A program made the translations under genes and the position numbers. Shown in pieces: positions 1-10,892 of a stretch of 64,000 nt of DNA. Positions within the stretch are counted from its first letter, which is position 1. Each line of letters begins with the position of its first letter. The DNA comes from Malacoraja senta (lineage: Eukaryota), in contig CM075992.1 of NCBI GenBank assembly GCA_038087875.1, forward strand, positions 1,366,001-1,430,000, in the 5' to 3' direction. A model generated the notes under the pieces. It did no database searches. It saw nothing but the letters and a program-made list of their open reading frames with translations, and was not told the origin of the DNA.

Positions 1-275
1 TGGGGTTAAGAGGGAGAGATAAATCAGCCATGATTGAATGGCGGAGTAGACCTGATGGGCCGAATGGCCTAATTCCGCTCCTATGACTTATATGAACATG
101 AAGCTATAAGACCCTTTCATTCTGGGACTGTGGTTCCTGGTTTAGTTTTAGTTTAGAGATACAGCGCGGACACAGGCCCTTCAGCCCACCGAGTCCGTGC
201 CAACCAGCGATCAGCCTATCCTACACACTAGGGACAATTGGGGTTAGGAAGGAGATATAGATCAGCCATGAGTGG

Positions 276-886
276 ACTTGCAACCGCAAGAGATGCAACA
301 CTTGTCCCTTCACCTCCCCCCTCGATTCCATTCAAGGACCCAAGCAGTCGTTCCAGGTGCGACAGAGGTTCACCTGCATCTCCTCCAACCTCATCTATTG
401 CATCTGCTGCTCTAGATGCCAGCTGATCTACATCGGTGAGACCAAGCGGAGGCTTGGCGATCGTTTCGCCGAACACCTCCGGTCGGTCCGCAATAACCTA
501 CCTGACCTCCCGGTGGCTCAGCACTTCAACTCCCCCTCCCATTCCGTATCTGACCTCTCTGTCCTGGGTCTCCTCCATGGCCACAGCGAGCAACACCGGA
601 AATTGGAGGAAATGCACCTCATATTCCGCTTGGGCAGTCTACATCCTGGGGGCTTGAACATTGAATTCTCCCAACTCTGCTAGCCCTTGCTGTCCCCTCC
701 CCTTCATCAGCCCTCTGGTTGTCTCCTCCCCTCCCCCAGCCCTCGGGCTCCTCCTCCGCCTTTTTCCCTTTCTTCTCCCCACCCCCTATCAGTGTGAAGA
801 AGGGTTTCGGCCCGAAACGTTGCCTATTTCCTTCGCTCCATAGATGCTGCTGCACCCGCTGAGTTTCTCCAGCATTTTTGTGTACC
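276..886 (+). mobile_element. Penelope-like element (PLE) 3' fragment: GIY-YIG endonuclease end plus terminal repeat with hammerhead motif
   Basis: Frame 276-683 reads TCNRKRCNTCPF...NLIYCICCSRCQLIYIGETKRRLGDRFAEH...VAQHFN...GLN, the PLE GIY-YIG domain with its Cys/His motifs. Followed by a pyrimidine-rich UTR and the GTGAAGAAGGGTTTCGGCCCGAAACGTT motif at 794-821. Confidence 0.92.
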
Positions 887-944
887 AGCAGAGTGGACGT
901 GATGGGCCGAATGGCCTAATTTTACTCCTATTCCTTATGACCTT

Positions 945-1071
945 ATGATGTCTTTGGAGTGTGGGACGAGACCGAGGCACCCGGAGAAAACCCACAGGGA
1001 GAGCGTGCAAACTCCGTACAGACAGCACCCGTGGTCAGGATCGAACTGGTGCTGTGAGGCAGCAACTCTAC
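945..1071 (-). mobile_element. V-SINE (HE1-like) 5' part
   Basis: Reverse complement of the tRNA-like head (GGTAGAGTTGCTGCCTCACAGC...GTTCGATCC) and V-domain. Confidence 0.8.
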
Positions 1072-1631
1072 CAGGGGAAAAGACTGTCCCTTTATCCAGC
1101 CCGTCGAGCCCTCTAAAGTACATGGTACATCTCAATTACAGCAATGAGTACACTTCAACAAATGTTTCATTGACTGGAGAAGTACTTTGGGACATTGTTA
1201 CAGGCACTAAATAAAAGCAAGGTGGGTGAAGATGAAAATCTAGCCCCGTGGTCTCTTCAAGCAGGGCTGTCAAGCACGGTTAAGGAGCGCATAAAACACC
1301 CTGGCCATGCAAACTGGTGCAGATTTTTATCGACCACTTTCGCATTATGGCTCAGGCTTGCGATCAGTGTATTAATTATGTATCTTAAAATGATGGAGGA
1401 GCAGCTGTGGGTTTGGTAGCAGGTTATAAATAGTGGCTGGGTTCCAGCCAGGAGCTCCTTGGACCGGGCAAGATGAAGAGGCTGTGAGGAATGCAACGGT
1501 TTCTCTCCTTATGTTCTCACCCTGCGGTGACAATGTCCAATTCAGACTTAGTGCCGAGGTACAGTGAAAAGCTTTTGTTGCGTGCTAGCCAGTCAGCGGA
1601 ATGACAATAGGTGATTACAGTGTATAGATAC

Positions 1632-1841
1632 ATGTGGAATTCTCTGCCACAGAAGGTAGTTGAGGCCAGTTCATTGGCTATATTTAAGAGGGAGTTAGAT
1701 GTGGCTAAAGGGATCAGGGGGGTATGGAGAGAAGGCAGGTACAGGATACTGAGTTGGATGATCAGCCATGATCATATTGAATGGCGGTGCAGGCTCGAAG
1801 GGCCGAATGGCCTACTCCTGCACCTATTTTCTATGTCTCTA
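1632..1841 (+). mobile_element. CR1 LINE 3' end
   Basis: WNSLPQKVVEASSLAIFKRELD C-terminal motif plus conserved 3' UTR and TTTCTATG-type tail. Confidence 0.85.
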
Positions 1842-1856
1842 TGATAAAGGGGATAA

Positions 1857-2192
1857 TGGGTAGGAAAGAACTGCAGATGCTGGTTTAAATCGAAGATAGA
1901 AACAAAATGCTGGAGTAACTCAGCGGGACAGGCAGCATCTCCGGAGAGAAGGAATGGGTGACGTTTCGGGTCGAGACCCTTCTTCAGACTGATTAAGTTG
2001 TCTCTTCATTTTTATATGGCAATTTGGGGAGCTTGTATTGTGTAAGTATAGCATTGGAATGTGTAGGAAGGAACTGCAGATGCTGGTTTACACCGATGAT
2101 AGACACAAAATGCTGGAGTAACTCAGCGGGACAGGCAGCATCTCTGGAGAGAAGGAATGGGTGACGTTTCGGGTCAAGACCCTTCTTCAGAC
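1857..2192 (-). mobile_element. Tandem pair of PLE terminal repeats with TSD
   Basis: Two direct copies with hammerhead cores at 1960-1987 and 2163-2190. Flanked by TGATAAAGGG(G/A)ATAA at 1842-1856 and 2193-2207. Confidence 0.8.
1960..1987 (-). ncRNA. Minimal type I hammerhead ribozyme motif (consensus copy)
   Basis: Minus strand reads CTGAAGA A GGGT CTCG ACCC GAAA CG TC. Confidence 0.7.
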
Positions 2193-2577
2193 TGATAAAG
2201 GGAATAACTTTTAGTGCCAGAAAAAGCCAGTAAAGTCCGATCAAGGATAGTCCGAGGGTCACCAACGAGGTAGATAGTAGTTCAACACTGCTCTCTGGTT
2301 GTGGTAGGATGGTTCAGTTGCCTGATGACAGCTGGGAAGAAACTGGTCCTGAATGTGGAGGTGTGTGTTTTCACACTTCTGTACTTTTGCCCGATGGGAG
2401 AGGGGGGAAGAGGGAGTGGGTTGTCGACCTTCACAACATAAACAGGTTCAAACAAGGAATGTCTGCAAAACTTCAGACACACAAAACCCTTCAAGTCATT
2501 CACCCAAACAAATAGTTGCTACCGAGAAACCTCCAGCTTGTTAAGCACTCCCCATTTTCATGTTTTATTTTATTTCA

Positions 2578-2885
2578 GTGCGGCTTGCTGGCGCAGCGGT
2601 AGAGTTGCTGCCTCACAGCGCCAGAGACCCGGGTTCGAACCTGACTACGGGTGCCGTCTCTATGGAGTTTGTACGTTCTCCCCGTGACCTGCGTGGGTTT
2701 TCTCCGGGCACTCCGGTTTCCTCCCACACTCCAAAGATGTGCAGGTTTGCAGGTTAAATGACTTTGGTAATGTTGTAAATTGTCCCCAGTGTGTGTAGGG
2801 TGCTGTTAATGTACAGGGAGACCGCTGGTCGGTGTGGACCCGTTGGGCCAAAGTGCCTGTTTCCGAGCTGTTTCTCTAAAGCCTA
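2578..2885 (+). mobile_element. V-SINE (HE1-like), near full length
   Basis: A box TGGCGCAGCGG, B box GGTTCGAACC, V-domain GGAGTTTGTACGTTCTCCCCGTG...CCTCCCACACTCCAAAGA, and CR1-like 3' tail. Confidence 0.88.
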
Positions 2886-2999
2886 AAGATGCAGCGTGGG
2901 AACAGGTCCCTCGGCCCTCCGAGTCCAAGCCGAACGCCAATCACACGTTCACACTCGTTCTAATAAAAATATGAATTGCTTTGCCAGTGTAAATCATTC

Positions 3000-3790
3000 A
3001 GTGGTGGCTAGCTCATTGAGTGTGTAAATTGTCCAGTGAGTGTGATTTACTTGTGACGAGTGTGTAAACCAAGCAGTGGTGAGTGTGAAAATCATTTGAT
3101 GATTGTCATTGGTTTGGTTGTGTAAATCACTCAGTGGGCGTGGATTGCTTAGTGAGTGTGTAAATCACAGTGGGTGTGAGTTGCTTGGTGGGTGTGTAAA
3201 TCAGTAAGTGGGTGTGGATTCCTCGGTGCGTGTGTAAATTAGTGCGTGTGGATTCCTCGACGAGTGTGTAAATTACTCAGTGTGTGGATTCCTCGGCGAG
3301 TGTGTAAATCGCTCAGTGGGCGTGGATTGCTTAGTGAGTGTGTAAGTCACAGTGGGTGTGAGTTGATTGGTGGGTGTGTAAATCACTAAGTGGGTGTGAG
3401 TTGCTTGGTGGGTGTGTAAATCACAGTGGGTGTGAGTTGCTTAGTGAGTGTGTAAATCACTCCGTGTGTGTGAGTTGCCTGGTGGGTGTGTAAATCACTC
3501 AGTGGGCGTGGATTGCTTAGTGAGTGTGTTAATCACAGTGGGCGTGAGTTGCTTAGTGAGTGTGTAAATCACTCCGTGGGTGTGAGTTGCTTGGTGGGTG
3601 TGTAAATTAGTGCATGTGGATTCCTCGGTGAGTGTGTAAATCACTCCGTGGGTGTGGATTCCTCGGCGAGTGTGTAAATCACTCAGTGCGTGTGGATTCC
3701 TCGGCGAGTGTGTAAATCGCTCAGTGGGCGTGGATTGCTTAGTGAGTGTGTAAATCACTCCGTGGGTGCGGATTCCTCGGTGAGTGTGTA
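3000..3790. repeat. GT-rich minisatellite, ~36-38-bp unit (GTGTGTAAATCACTCAGTGGGTGTGGATTGCTTAGTGA-like)
   Basis: Roughly 20 recurrences of GTGTGTAAATCAC at ~37-bp spacing. Confidence 0.9.
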
Positions 3791-4615
3791 GGATACAAGT
3801 GAAGAATGACATAGATCGAGTGTGTACAGGTGACCACTGGTCAGCGTAGACCCGTTGGGCCAAAGGGCCTGTTTCCACGCTGTATCTCTAAACACGGAGT
3901 GAATTTTAATACCTGTACTCTTGTGTGTCCCTCCGTGTGATCCCAGCCTTTTAAAGTTTTAAAAGCCACTTCAATGGCTGTAACAAAAGGGCACGGTGTT
4001 TCCTGAGGTCACACAAGACGTGGCAGAAAGACTAGCCTGAGGAATTGGACACAAAATGCTGGAGTAACTCACTCAGCAGGTCAGGCAGCCTCTCTGGTGA
4101 AAAGGAATCTGTAACGAACCCTTCTTCAGACTTTTCCGACCCAAAACGTCACCTATTCTTTTTCTCCAGAGATGCTGCCTGACCCACTGAGTTACTCCAG
4201 CACTTTGTGTTTATCTTCAGTATAAACCAGCATCTGCAGTTCCTTCCTCAACGAAGCTTGAGGAAACTCTTTCAAGTAACTCCTGCATTCCCTCTCTCTC
4301 TCTCTCCATCCCTCCCTCCCCCATCCTCACCATTTGCATTCCTTCGTTATCACCTCATCCCCAGCCAACAATGGACCATTGTGGGCTCCACCTTTCCCGA
4401 GTCATCGGTGCGGGTTCTGCTTTGTTCTGTACCTTCCACACATCTAGCTTCCCCCTCCCCTGACTCTCAGTCTGAAGAAGGGTCTCGATACGAAACGTCA
4501 CCCATTCCTTCTCTCCAGAGATGCTGCCTGTCCCGCTGAGTTACTCCAGCACTTTGTGTCTTTCTCCAGAGATGCTGCCTGTCCCGCTGAGTTACTCCAG
4601 CATTTTGTGTCTCCT

Positions 4616-4920
4616 TTAGTTCAGTTTAGTTTGGTAGATGCAGCGCTGAAACAGGCCCTTCGGCCCAGTGAGACCACACCGATCAGCGATCCCCACGCAT
4701 TAACACTATCCAACACACACTAGGGCCAATTTTTGCTTTTATACCAAGCCAATCAACCTACACACCTGTACGTCTTTGGAGTGTGGGAGGAAACAGAAGA
4801 TCTCGGAGAAATCCCACAGGGAGAACGTGCAAACTCCGTACAGACAGCACCTGTAGTCGGGATCGAACTCGGGTCTCTGGCGCTGTAAGGCAGCAACTCT
4901 ACCGCTGCACCATCACGCCA
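4616..4920 (-). mobile_element. V-SINE (HE1-like), full length
   Basis: Reverse complement of the SINE with (CTAAA/CTGAA)n tail. Confidence 0.85.
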
Positions 4921-5079
4921 CATTAGAAATGAGGACAAGTCATAGAGACTGGCAAGAGGCTGTAACAGAGACTGGACGTGAATCCTGAGTGCCAGAGCTG
5001 ACCTTTTCAATGAGAATGAGATCCTCACGTCATGCATAAGGACACACACGTTCCCTAAACGGCTCTCCAATCTCTCTTA

Positions 5080-5466
5080 TAGAAACATATAAAATTATTA
5101 AGGGATTGGACAGGCTCGATGCAGGAAAAATGTCCCCCATGTTGGGGGCGTCCAGAAACAGGGGTCACACAGTTTAAGAATAAGGGGTCGGCCATTTAGG
5201 ACTGAGATGAGGGAAAACTTTTTCACCCAGAGAGTTGTGAATCTGTGGAATTCTCTGCCACAGAAGGCAGTGGAGGCCGATTCACTGGATGTATTCAAGA
5301 GAGAGTTAGATTTAGCTCTTAGGGCTAACGGAATCAAGGGATATGGGGAGAAAGCAGGAACGGGTTACTGATTCTGGATGATCAGCCATGAGCACATTGA
5401 ATGGCGGTGCTGGCACGAAGGGCCGAATGGCCTACTCCTGCACCTATATTTCCATGTCTATGTTTC
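5080..5466 (+). mobile_element. CR1 LINE 3' fragment
   Basis: ETYKIIKGLDRLDA...FFTQRVVNLWNSLP...GYGEKAGTGY plus 3' UTR. Confidence 0.88.
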
Positions 5467-6175
5467 TAACCATGTAGACTATTTGCTCCATGTTGTGTTT
5501 CCCACCAAAATGGTAAATTGCACATTTTTTGCCCATTTCCCTCCATTTGCCAGGTCTGTCACCTAACCAGTTTCTTCCCCTTTTGCAATCTCCTCATGTC
5601 GTTGTTTTACCTTAGACTTTGGAGACACAGTGTGGAAACAGGCCCTTCGGCCCACCGGGTCCGTGCCGACCAGCGATCGCCCATACTTTCCTAGTTCCAC
5701 CCCCCACATGGGGACAATTTACCGAAGCCAATTAACCTACAAATCTGCACGTCTTTGAGATGTGGGAATAAAACCGGAGCACCTGGAGAAAACCCACGTG
5801 GTCACAGGGAGAAACACTGTACAGACAGCCCCCGTAGTCAGGATTGAACCCAGGTCTCTCACGCTGCGAGGCAGCAACTCTACCGCTGCGACAGTGTGTC
5901 ATCCTTATTTGATTTGATTCTGAATCTTCTCAACTACGCTCTTGAAATCTAAGTATCCAAAGCACATGTTAATTCTTCAAAGAACTCCAATAAATTGATC
6001 AAACATGATATCCCTTTCACAAATCCATCTTAACCTTGCCTGGATGTTTAGAAGTGTCGCTCTACAACATTTTCAATACGAGCTTCTTATGTTTTCCCTG
6101 TGATAGATGTTATGCTAACTACTGTAGCTCATAGTGGAAGCGAGGAACTGCAGATGCTGGTTTGCAAAAAAAAGA

Positions 6176-6433
6176 CACAAAGCGCTGGAGTAACTCAGCG
6201 GGTCAGTCAGCATCTGTGGAGAACATGGATAGGTGACGTTTCACAGAGCGCTGGAGTAACTCAGCGGGTCAGGCAGCATCTGTGGAGAACATGGATAGGT
6301 GACGTTTCACAGAGTGCTGGAGTAACTCAGCGGGTCGGGCAGCATCTGTGGAGAACATGGATAGGTGACGTTTCACAGAGTGCTGGAGTAACTCAGCGGG
6401 TCAGGCAGCATCTGTGGAGAACATGGATAGGTG
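6176..6433 (-). repeat. 66-bp tandem array derived from the PLE terminal repeat
   Basis: GTGACGTTTCACAGAG junction recurs at 6233, 6299 and 6365. Confidence 0.9.
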
Positions 6434-7310
6434 CATAGATGATGTATTGTGTTGGGTCCCTTTTCCCCTCTGAATGTGGGGTGGGGGGGGGGAGAAGAAA
6501 AGATGGAAGAGATGAGGGGCAGGACAAAGCCTGGCAAGTGATAGATGGATGCAGCTGAGGGAGGCAGATGGTTGGACCAAGGCCAGAGATTAAAAGACAG
6601 AAGGGGCTAGACAAAACGCCACCTATCCATTCCCTCCACAGATGCTGCCTGACCCACTGGGTTACTCCAGCGTTTTGTTTAAGACTCTGGATAAAGTCCA
6701 ATTACAGAGAATGAGGTCTCCAATGAGGTAGATGGGAGGTGAGGACCACTCTCTAACTGGTGAGATGACGGTTCAGTTGCCCGATGACAGCTGGGAAGAA
6801 ACTGTCCCTGAATCTGAATCTGAATCAGTCTGAAGAAGGGTCTCGACCCGAAACGTGGCCTATTTCCTTCGCTCCATAGATGCTGCCTCACCCGCTGAGT
6901 TTCTCCAGCATTTTTGTCTACCTTCGATTTTTTCCAGCATCTGCAGTTCTTTCTTAAACACTGAATCTGGAGGTGTGCGTTTTCACACTTCTGTACCTCT
7001 TGTCTGATGGGAGAGGTGGGGGGGGGGGGAGAAGGAATGACTTGGGTGAGACTTGTCCTTGATTATGTTGGTGGCTTTGGCAAGGCAGTGTGAAGTGTAG
7101 ATGGAGTCAATGGAAGGGGGATTGGTTTGCGTGATGGTCTGGGCTACATCCACGATTCTATGCAATTTCTTACTGTCTTGGATAGACCTGTTCAGCTCTA
7201 TAAAACCATATAACCATATAACAATTACAGCACGGAAACAGGCCATCTCAGCCCTTCTAGTCCGTGCCCAACACTTACTCTAACACGAACACTAACACGA
7301 ACACTAACAC

Positions 7311-8452
7311 AAAGTTAGGAGTTTCTCGACTAACATAGGCAACTCTTTCTCCTCCCCAGCTAATCTCTGCTGTGGGGTTCCACAAGGTTCCATCCTTGGC
7401 CCCATTCTCTTCTTCCTGTATATGCTCCCCTTAGGCCAAGTCATTGAAAGGCACGGCATTTCCTTCCATTGCTACGCAGACAATACACAACTCTATCTCC
7501 CCCTGAAGCCCAAAAACCAATCAAATCTGTTTAACCTTACCCACTGCCTCGAGGATATAAAGTGTTGGATGGCCCAGAACTTCCTCCAACTAAACGAGAG
7601 TAAGTCTGAGGTCATCCTTCTCGGCCCCTCGGACTCAATCAAAATGATAGCAGGCAGCCTTGGAAGCCTTACCCCACTACTCAAACCTCACATCAAAAAC
7701 CTTGGCGTGATATTTGACTCTGCACTGAAATTTGACAAACAAGTCAATGCCGTGGTAAAAGCTAGCTTCTTTCAGCTTCGGACGATAGCTAAAATAAAAC
7801 AATTCCTCCAGTTTGATGACCTGGAAAAGATCATCCACACATTTATCTCCTCCCGCCTAGATTACTGCAACTCCCTTTACACTGGCATCAGCCAATCTTC
7901 CCTGTCCCGCCTGCAACTGGTCCAAAACGCCGCAGCGAGACTCCTGACGGGCACCCGAAAAAGGGACCACATCACCCCCGATCCTGGCCTCTCCCCACTG
8001 GCTCCCTGTGCGGTTCCGTATAAACTTCAAGATCCTCCTCCATGTCTACAAAGCCCTCAATGGGCTTGCCCCCACCTAGATAAAAAGTCTTCTCACCCAC
8101 CACTCCACCTCCAGGCCCCTCAGATCGGCCGACTTGGGGTTGCTGAATATCCCACGGTCTAGGCATAAGCTCAGGGGCGACCGGGCCTTTGTGGTTGCAG
8201 CCCCTAGACTGTGGAACAACATCCCCCTTCCCCATCAGAACTGCCCCCTCCATCGACTCTTTTAAGTCAAGACTAAAGACTTATCTATACTCCCAAGCCT
8301 TTCCTGACGTCCTCTTGAGTGAGGGCTACATGTATATATGTATGTAGTTTGTTTTGTTGTGCTATTCTTATAACAAATGTAAAGCACTTTGGCCAACGAG
8401 AGTTGTTTTTTAAATGTGCTATATAAATAAATGTGACTTGACTTGACTTGAC
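7311..8452 (+). mobile_element. L2-clade LINE, 5'-truncated, degenerate RT
   Basis: GVPQGSILGPILF...HCYADNTQLY...LDYCNSLY...LQLVQNAAARLL. Catalytic YADD is YADN, there is a frameshift near 7980, and the tail is (GACTT)n. Confidence 0.92.
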
Positions 8453-8712
8453 TATTCTCCCCTAGTCCCATCTACCTGCACTCAGACCATAACCCTCCAT
8501 TCCTTTCCCGTCCATATACCTATCCAATTTATTTTTAAATGATAAAATCAAACCTGCCTCCACCACTTCCTCTGGAAGCTCATTCCACACAGCTACCACT
8601 CTCTGAGTAAAGAAGTTCCCCCTCATGTTGCCCCTAAACTTTTGTCCCTTAATTCTCAAATCATGTCCTCTTGTTTGAATCTTCCCTACTCTCAATGGAA
8701 AAAGCTTATCCA
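8453..8712 (-). mobile_element. CR1 LINE 3' fragment (subfamily with TATGGTTA tail; its 3' UTR lies at ~7205-7280, split off by the L2)
   Basis: TRGHDLRIKG...FFTQRVVAVWNELP...GYGLSAGRWD. Compare the uninterrupted copy at 62715-63210. Confidence 0.85.
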
Positions 8713-9313
8713 TTTAATTTAGAGATACACCGCAGAAACAGATCCCTCGGCCTGCTGAGCCCGTATCGTCCAGCGATCCTTACACTAGCACTATCGTATA
8801 CTCTAAGGGCTACTTACAATTTTACCAAACCAATCAGCCTATAAACCTGGATGTCTTTGAAGTATGGGAGAAAACAGGAGCACCCGGAGAAAGCCCACAT
8901 GGTTACGGGGAGAGCATACAGACTGCGCCCATATTCAGGATCAAACCAGGGCCTCGAGTTGTAAGGTGCTAACTCTAACTCTGCACCACTGTGCTGTCCG
9001 TATTTGACACATTGGGGAAATGAGGGTTATTAGGCTTTGGCCATAGACCAGACCGAAGGGGCCGAGTGGCCTGCTCCTATTTGCTTGTGTTTTTGTGTTC
9101 ATTTCTAATTCTCAGGTTACAGCTATTTCTGGAATTCTCTGCAGTAAAGACTGATGCAAAGTATCGCTTTAATTCATCCATCATCTCTGTGTTTCCATTA
9201 TTTATTCCCCAGATGCACTTTCTCTATAACCAGTGCTCATTTTGTTAACTTTTCTAAGTACCTGCAGAAACTCCAACTATCTGTTTTTTAAATATCTGTC
9301 TGGCTCTATCTCA

Positions 9314-9640
9314 CGTGGAAGGAGGAACTGCAGGCGCTGGTTTAAACCGAAGATAGACACAAAATGCTGGAGTAACTCAGCGGGACAGACAGGCAGCATC
9401 TCTGGAGGGGAAGGAATGGGTGACGTTTCGGGTCGAGACCCTTCTTCAGACTGGTTAAGGATAAGGGAAACGAGAGATATAGACGGTGATGTGGAGAGAT
9501 AAAGAACAATGAATGAAAAAAATGTTTCCCTTATCCCGAACCAGTCTGAAGAAGGGTCTCGACCTGAAACGTCACCCATTCCTTCTCTCCAGAGATGCTG
9601 CCCGTCCCGTTGAGTTACTCCAGCTTTTTGTGTCTATCTT
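9314..9640. mobile_element. Fold-back (inverted) PLE terminal-repeat insertion
   Basis: Hammerhead core on - at 9422-9449 and on + at 9546-9573. 13-bp TSD TGGCTCTATCTCA at 9301-9313 and 9641-9653. Confidence 0.85.
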
Positions 9641-9779
9641 TGGCTCTATCTCAAGATCTTCCTTACTAAACAGTTTCACCATGCTTAGAGTTTAGAGATA
9701 CAGGGCCCAAGTCCAACGCCGACTATCGATCACCCCTATAACCTACGCACTCCGGATAATTTACAGAGGCCAGTTAACA

Positions 9780-10086
9780 ATAGACAATAGACAACAGACA
9801 ACAGACAATAGACAATAGGTGCAGAGTAGGCCATTTGGCCATTTGAGCCAGCACCTACATTCAATGCGATCATGGCCGATATTCACAATCAGTACCCCGT
9901 TCCTGCCTTCTCCCCATATCCCCTGACTCCGCTATCTTTAAGAGCCCTTTCCCGCTCTCTCCTGAAAGTATCCAGGGAACCTGCCTCCACCGCCCTCTGA
10001 GGCAGAGAATTCCACAGACTCACCACTCTCTGTGTGAAAAAGTGTTTCCTCGTCTCCGTTCTAAATGGCTTACCCCTTATTCTTAA
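9780..10086 (-). mobile_element. CR1 3' fragment inserted in a V-SINE (SINE halves ~9686-9780 and ~10086-10256)
   Basis: LRIRGKPFRTETRKHFFTQRVVSLWNSLP plus (TATTGTC)n tail. Confidence 0.85.
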
Positions 10087-10892
10087 CCTACAAACCGTCA
10101 TGTCTTTGGAGTGTCGGGGGGAAACCGGAGCACCCGGAGAAAACTCACCTAGTCACAGGGAGTAGGTGCAAACTCGGTACAGATAGCACCCGTGGTCAGG
10201 ATTAAGCCTGGGTCTCTGGTGCTGTGATCATGTGGGTACCACTGCGCCACCGTGCCACACTTCTGCTTACGTTTCTCTTGCTTGTCTTTGTGCTTTCTCT
10301 TTAAGTCTAATACTACCTTTGACTTTTATAATAAATCAAGGATGATGTGTCTTGCTTTTCAAAATTTTGCTTGTTATTGGGATGTATATATACTGTGGAC
10401 TTGGCTTTTAACCAAGGTCAGTTGGAAAAACATTCTGCCCGGAAATGACCAGGTCAGCATGGTTACCGGTTTTAGTCACTCCACTGTTGATGGCTGCCTC
10501 TTCATCTTGTTGGGGTTGGCCATTTAAGGACTGAGATGAGGAAACACTTTTTCCACCCAGAGTGTTGTGAATCTGTGGAATTCTCTGCCACAGAAGGCAG
10601 TGGAGGCCAAGGGATCTGGGGAAATGGGGAATCAAGGGATGTGGGGAAAAAGCAGGAACGGGGTACTTAGAAAAATAGGTGCAGGGGTAGGTCATTCGGC
10701 CCTTCGAGCCAGCACCACCATTCAATATGATCATGGGTGATCATCTAAAATCAGGACCCCGTTCCTGCTTTCTCAACATATCCCTTGCATTAAGAGCTAA
10801 ATCTAAATCTCTCTTGAAAACATCCAGTGACAGGAACCAAGATCAGGATTGAACCCTGATCTCTGGTGCTGTGAGGCAGCAGCTCTATTTCA

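Noticed and set aside
2578..2650. tRNA-like A/B-box heads called as tRNA genes
   Set aside because: They are SINE heads continuous with the V-domain and do not form complete tRNAs.
3000..3790. CRISPR-like ~37-bp periodicity
   Set aside because: Units are contiguous with no unique spacers, there are no cas genes, and the context is vertebrate.
6100..6438. ORF with 22-aa tandem repeats
   Set aside because: Antisense translation of the PLE-derived 66-bp array.
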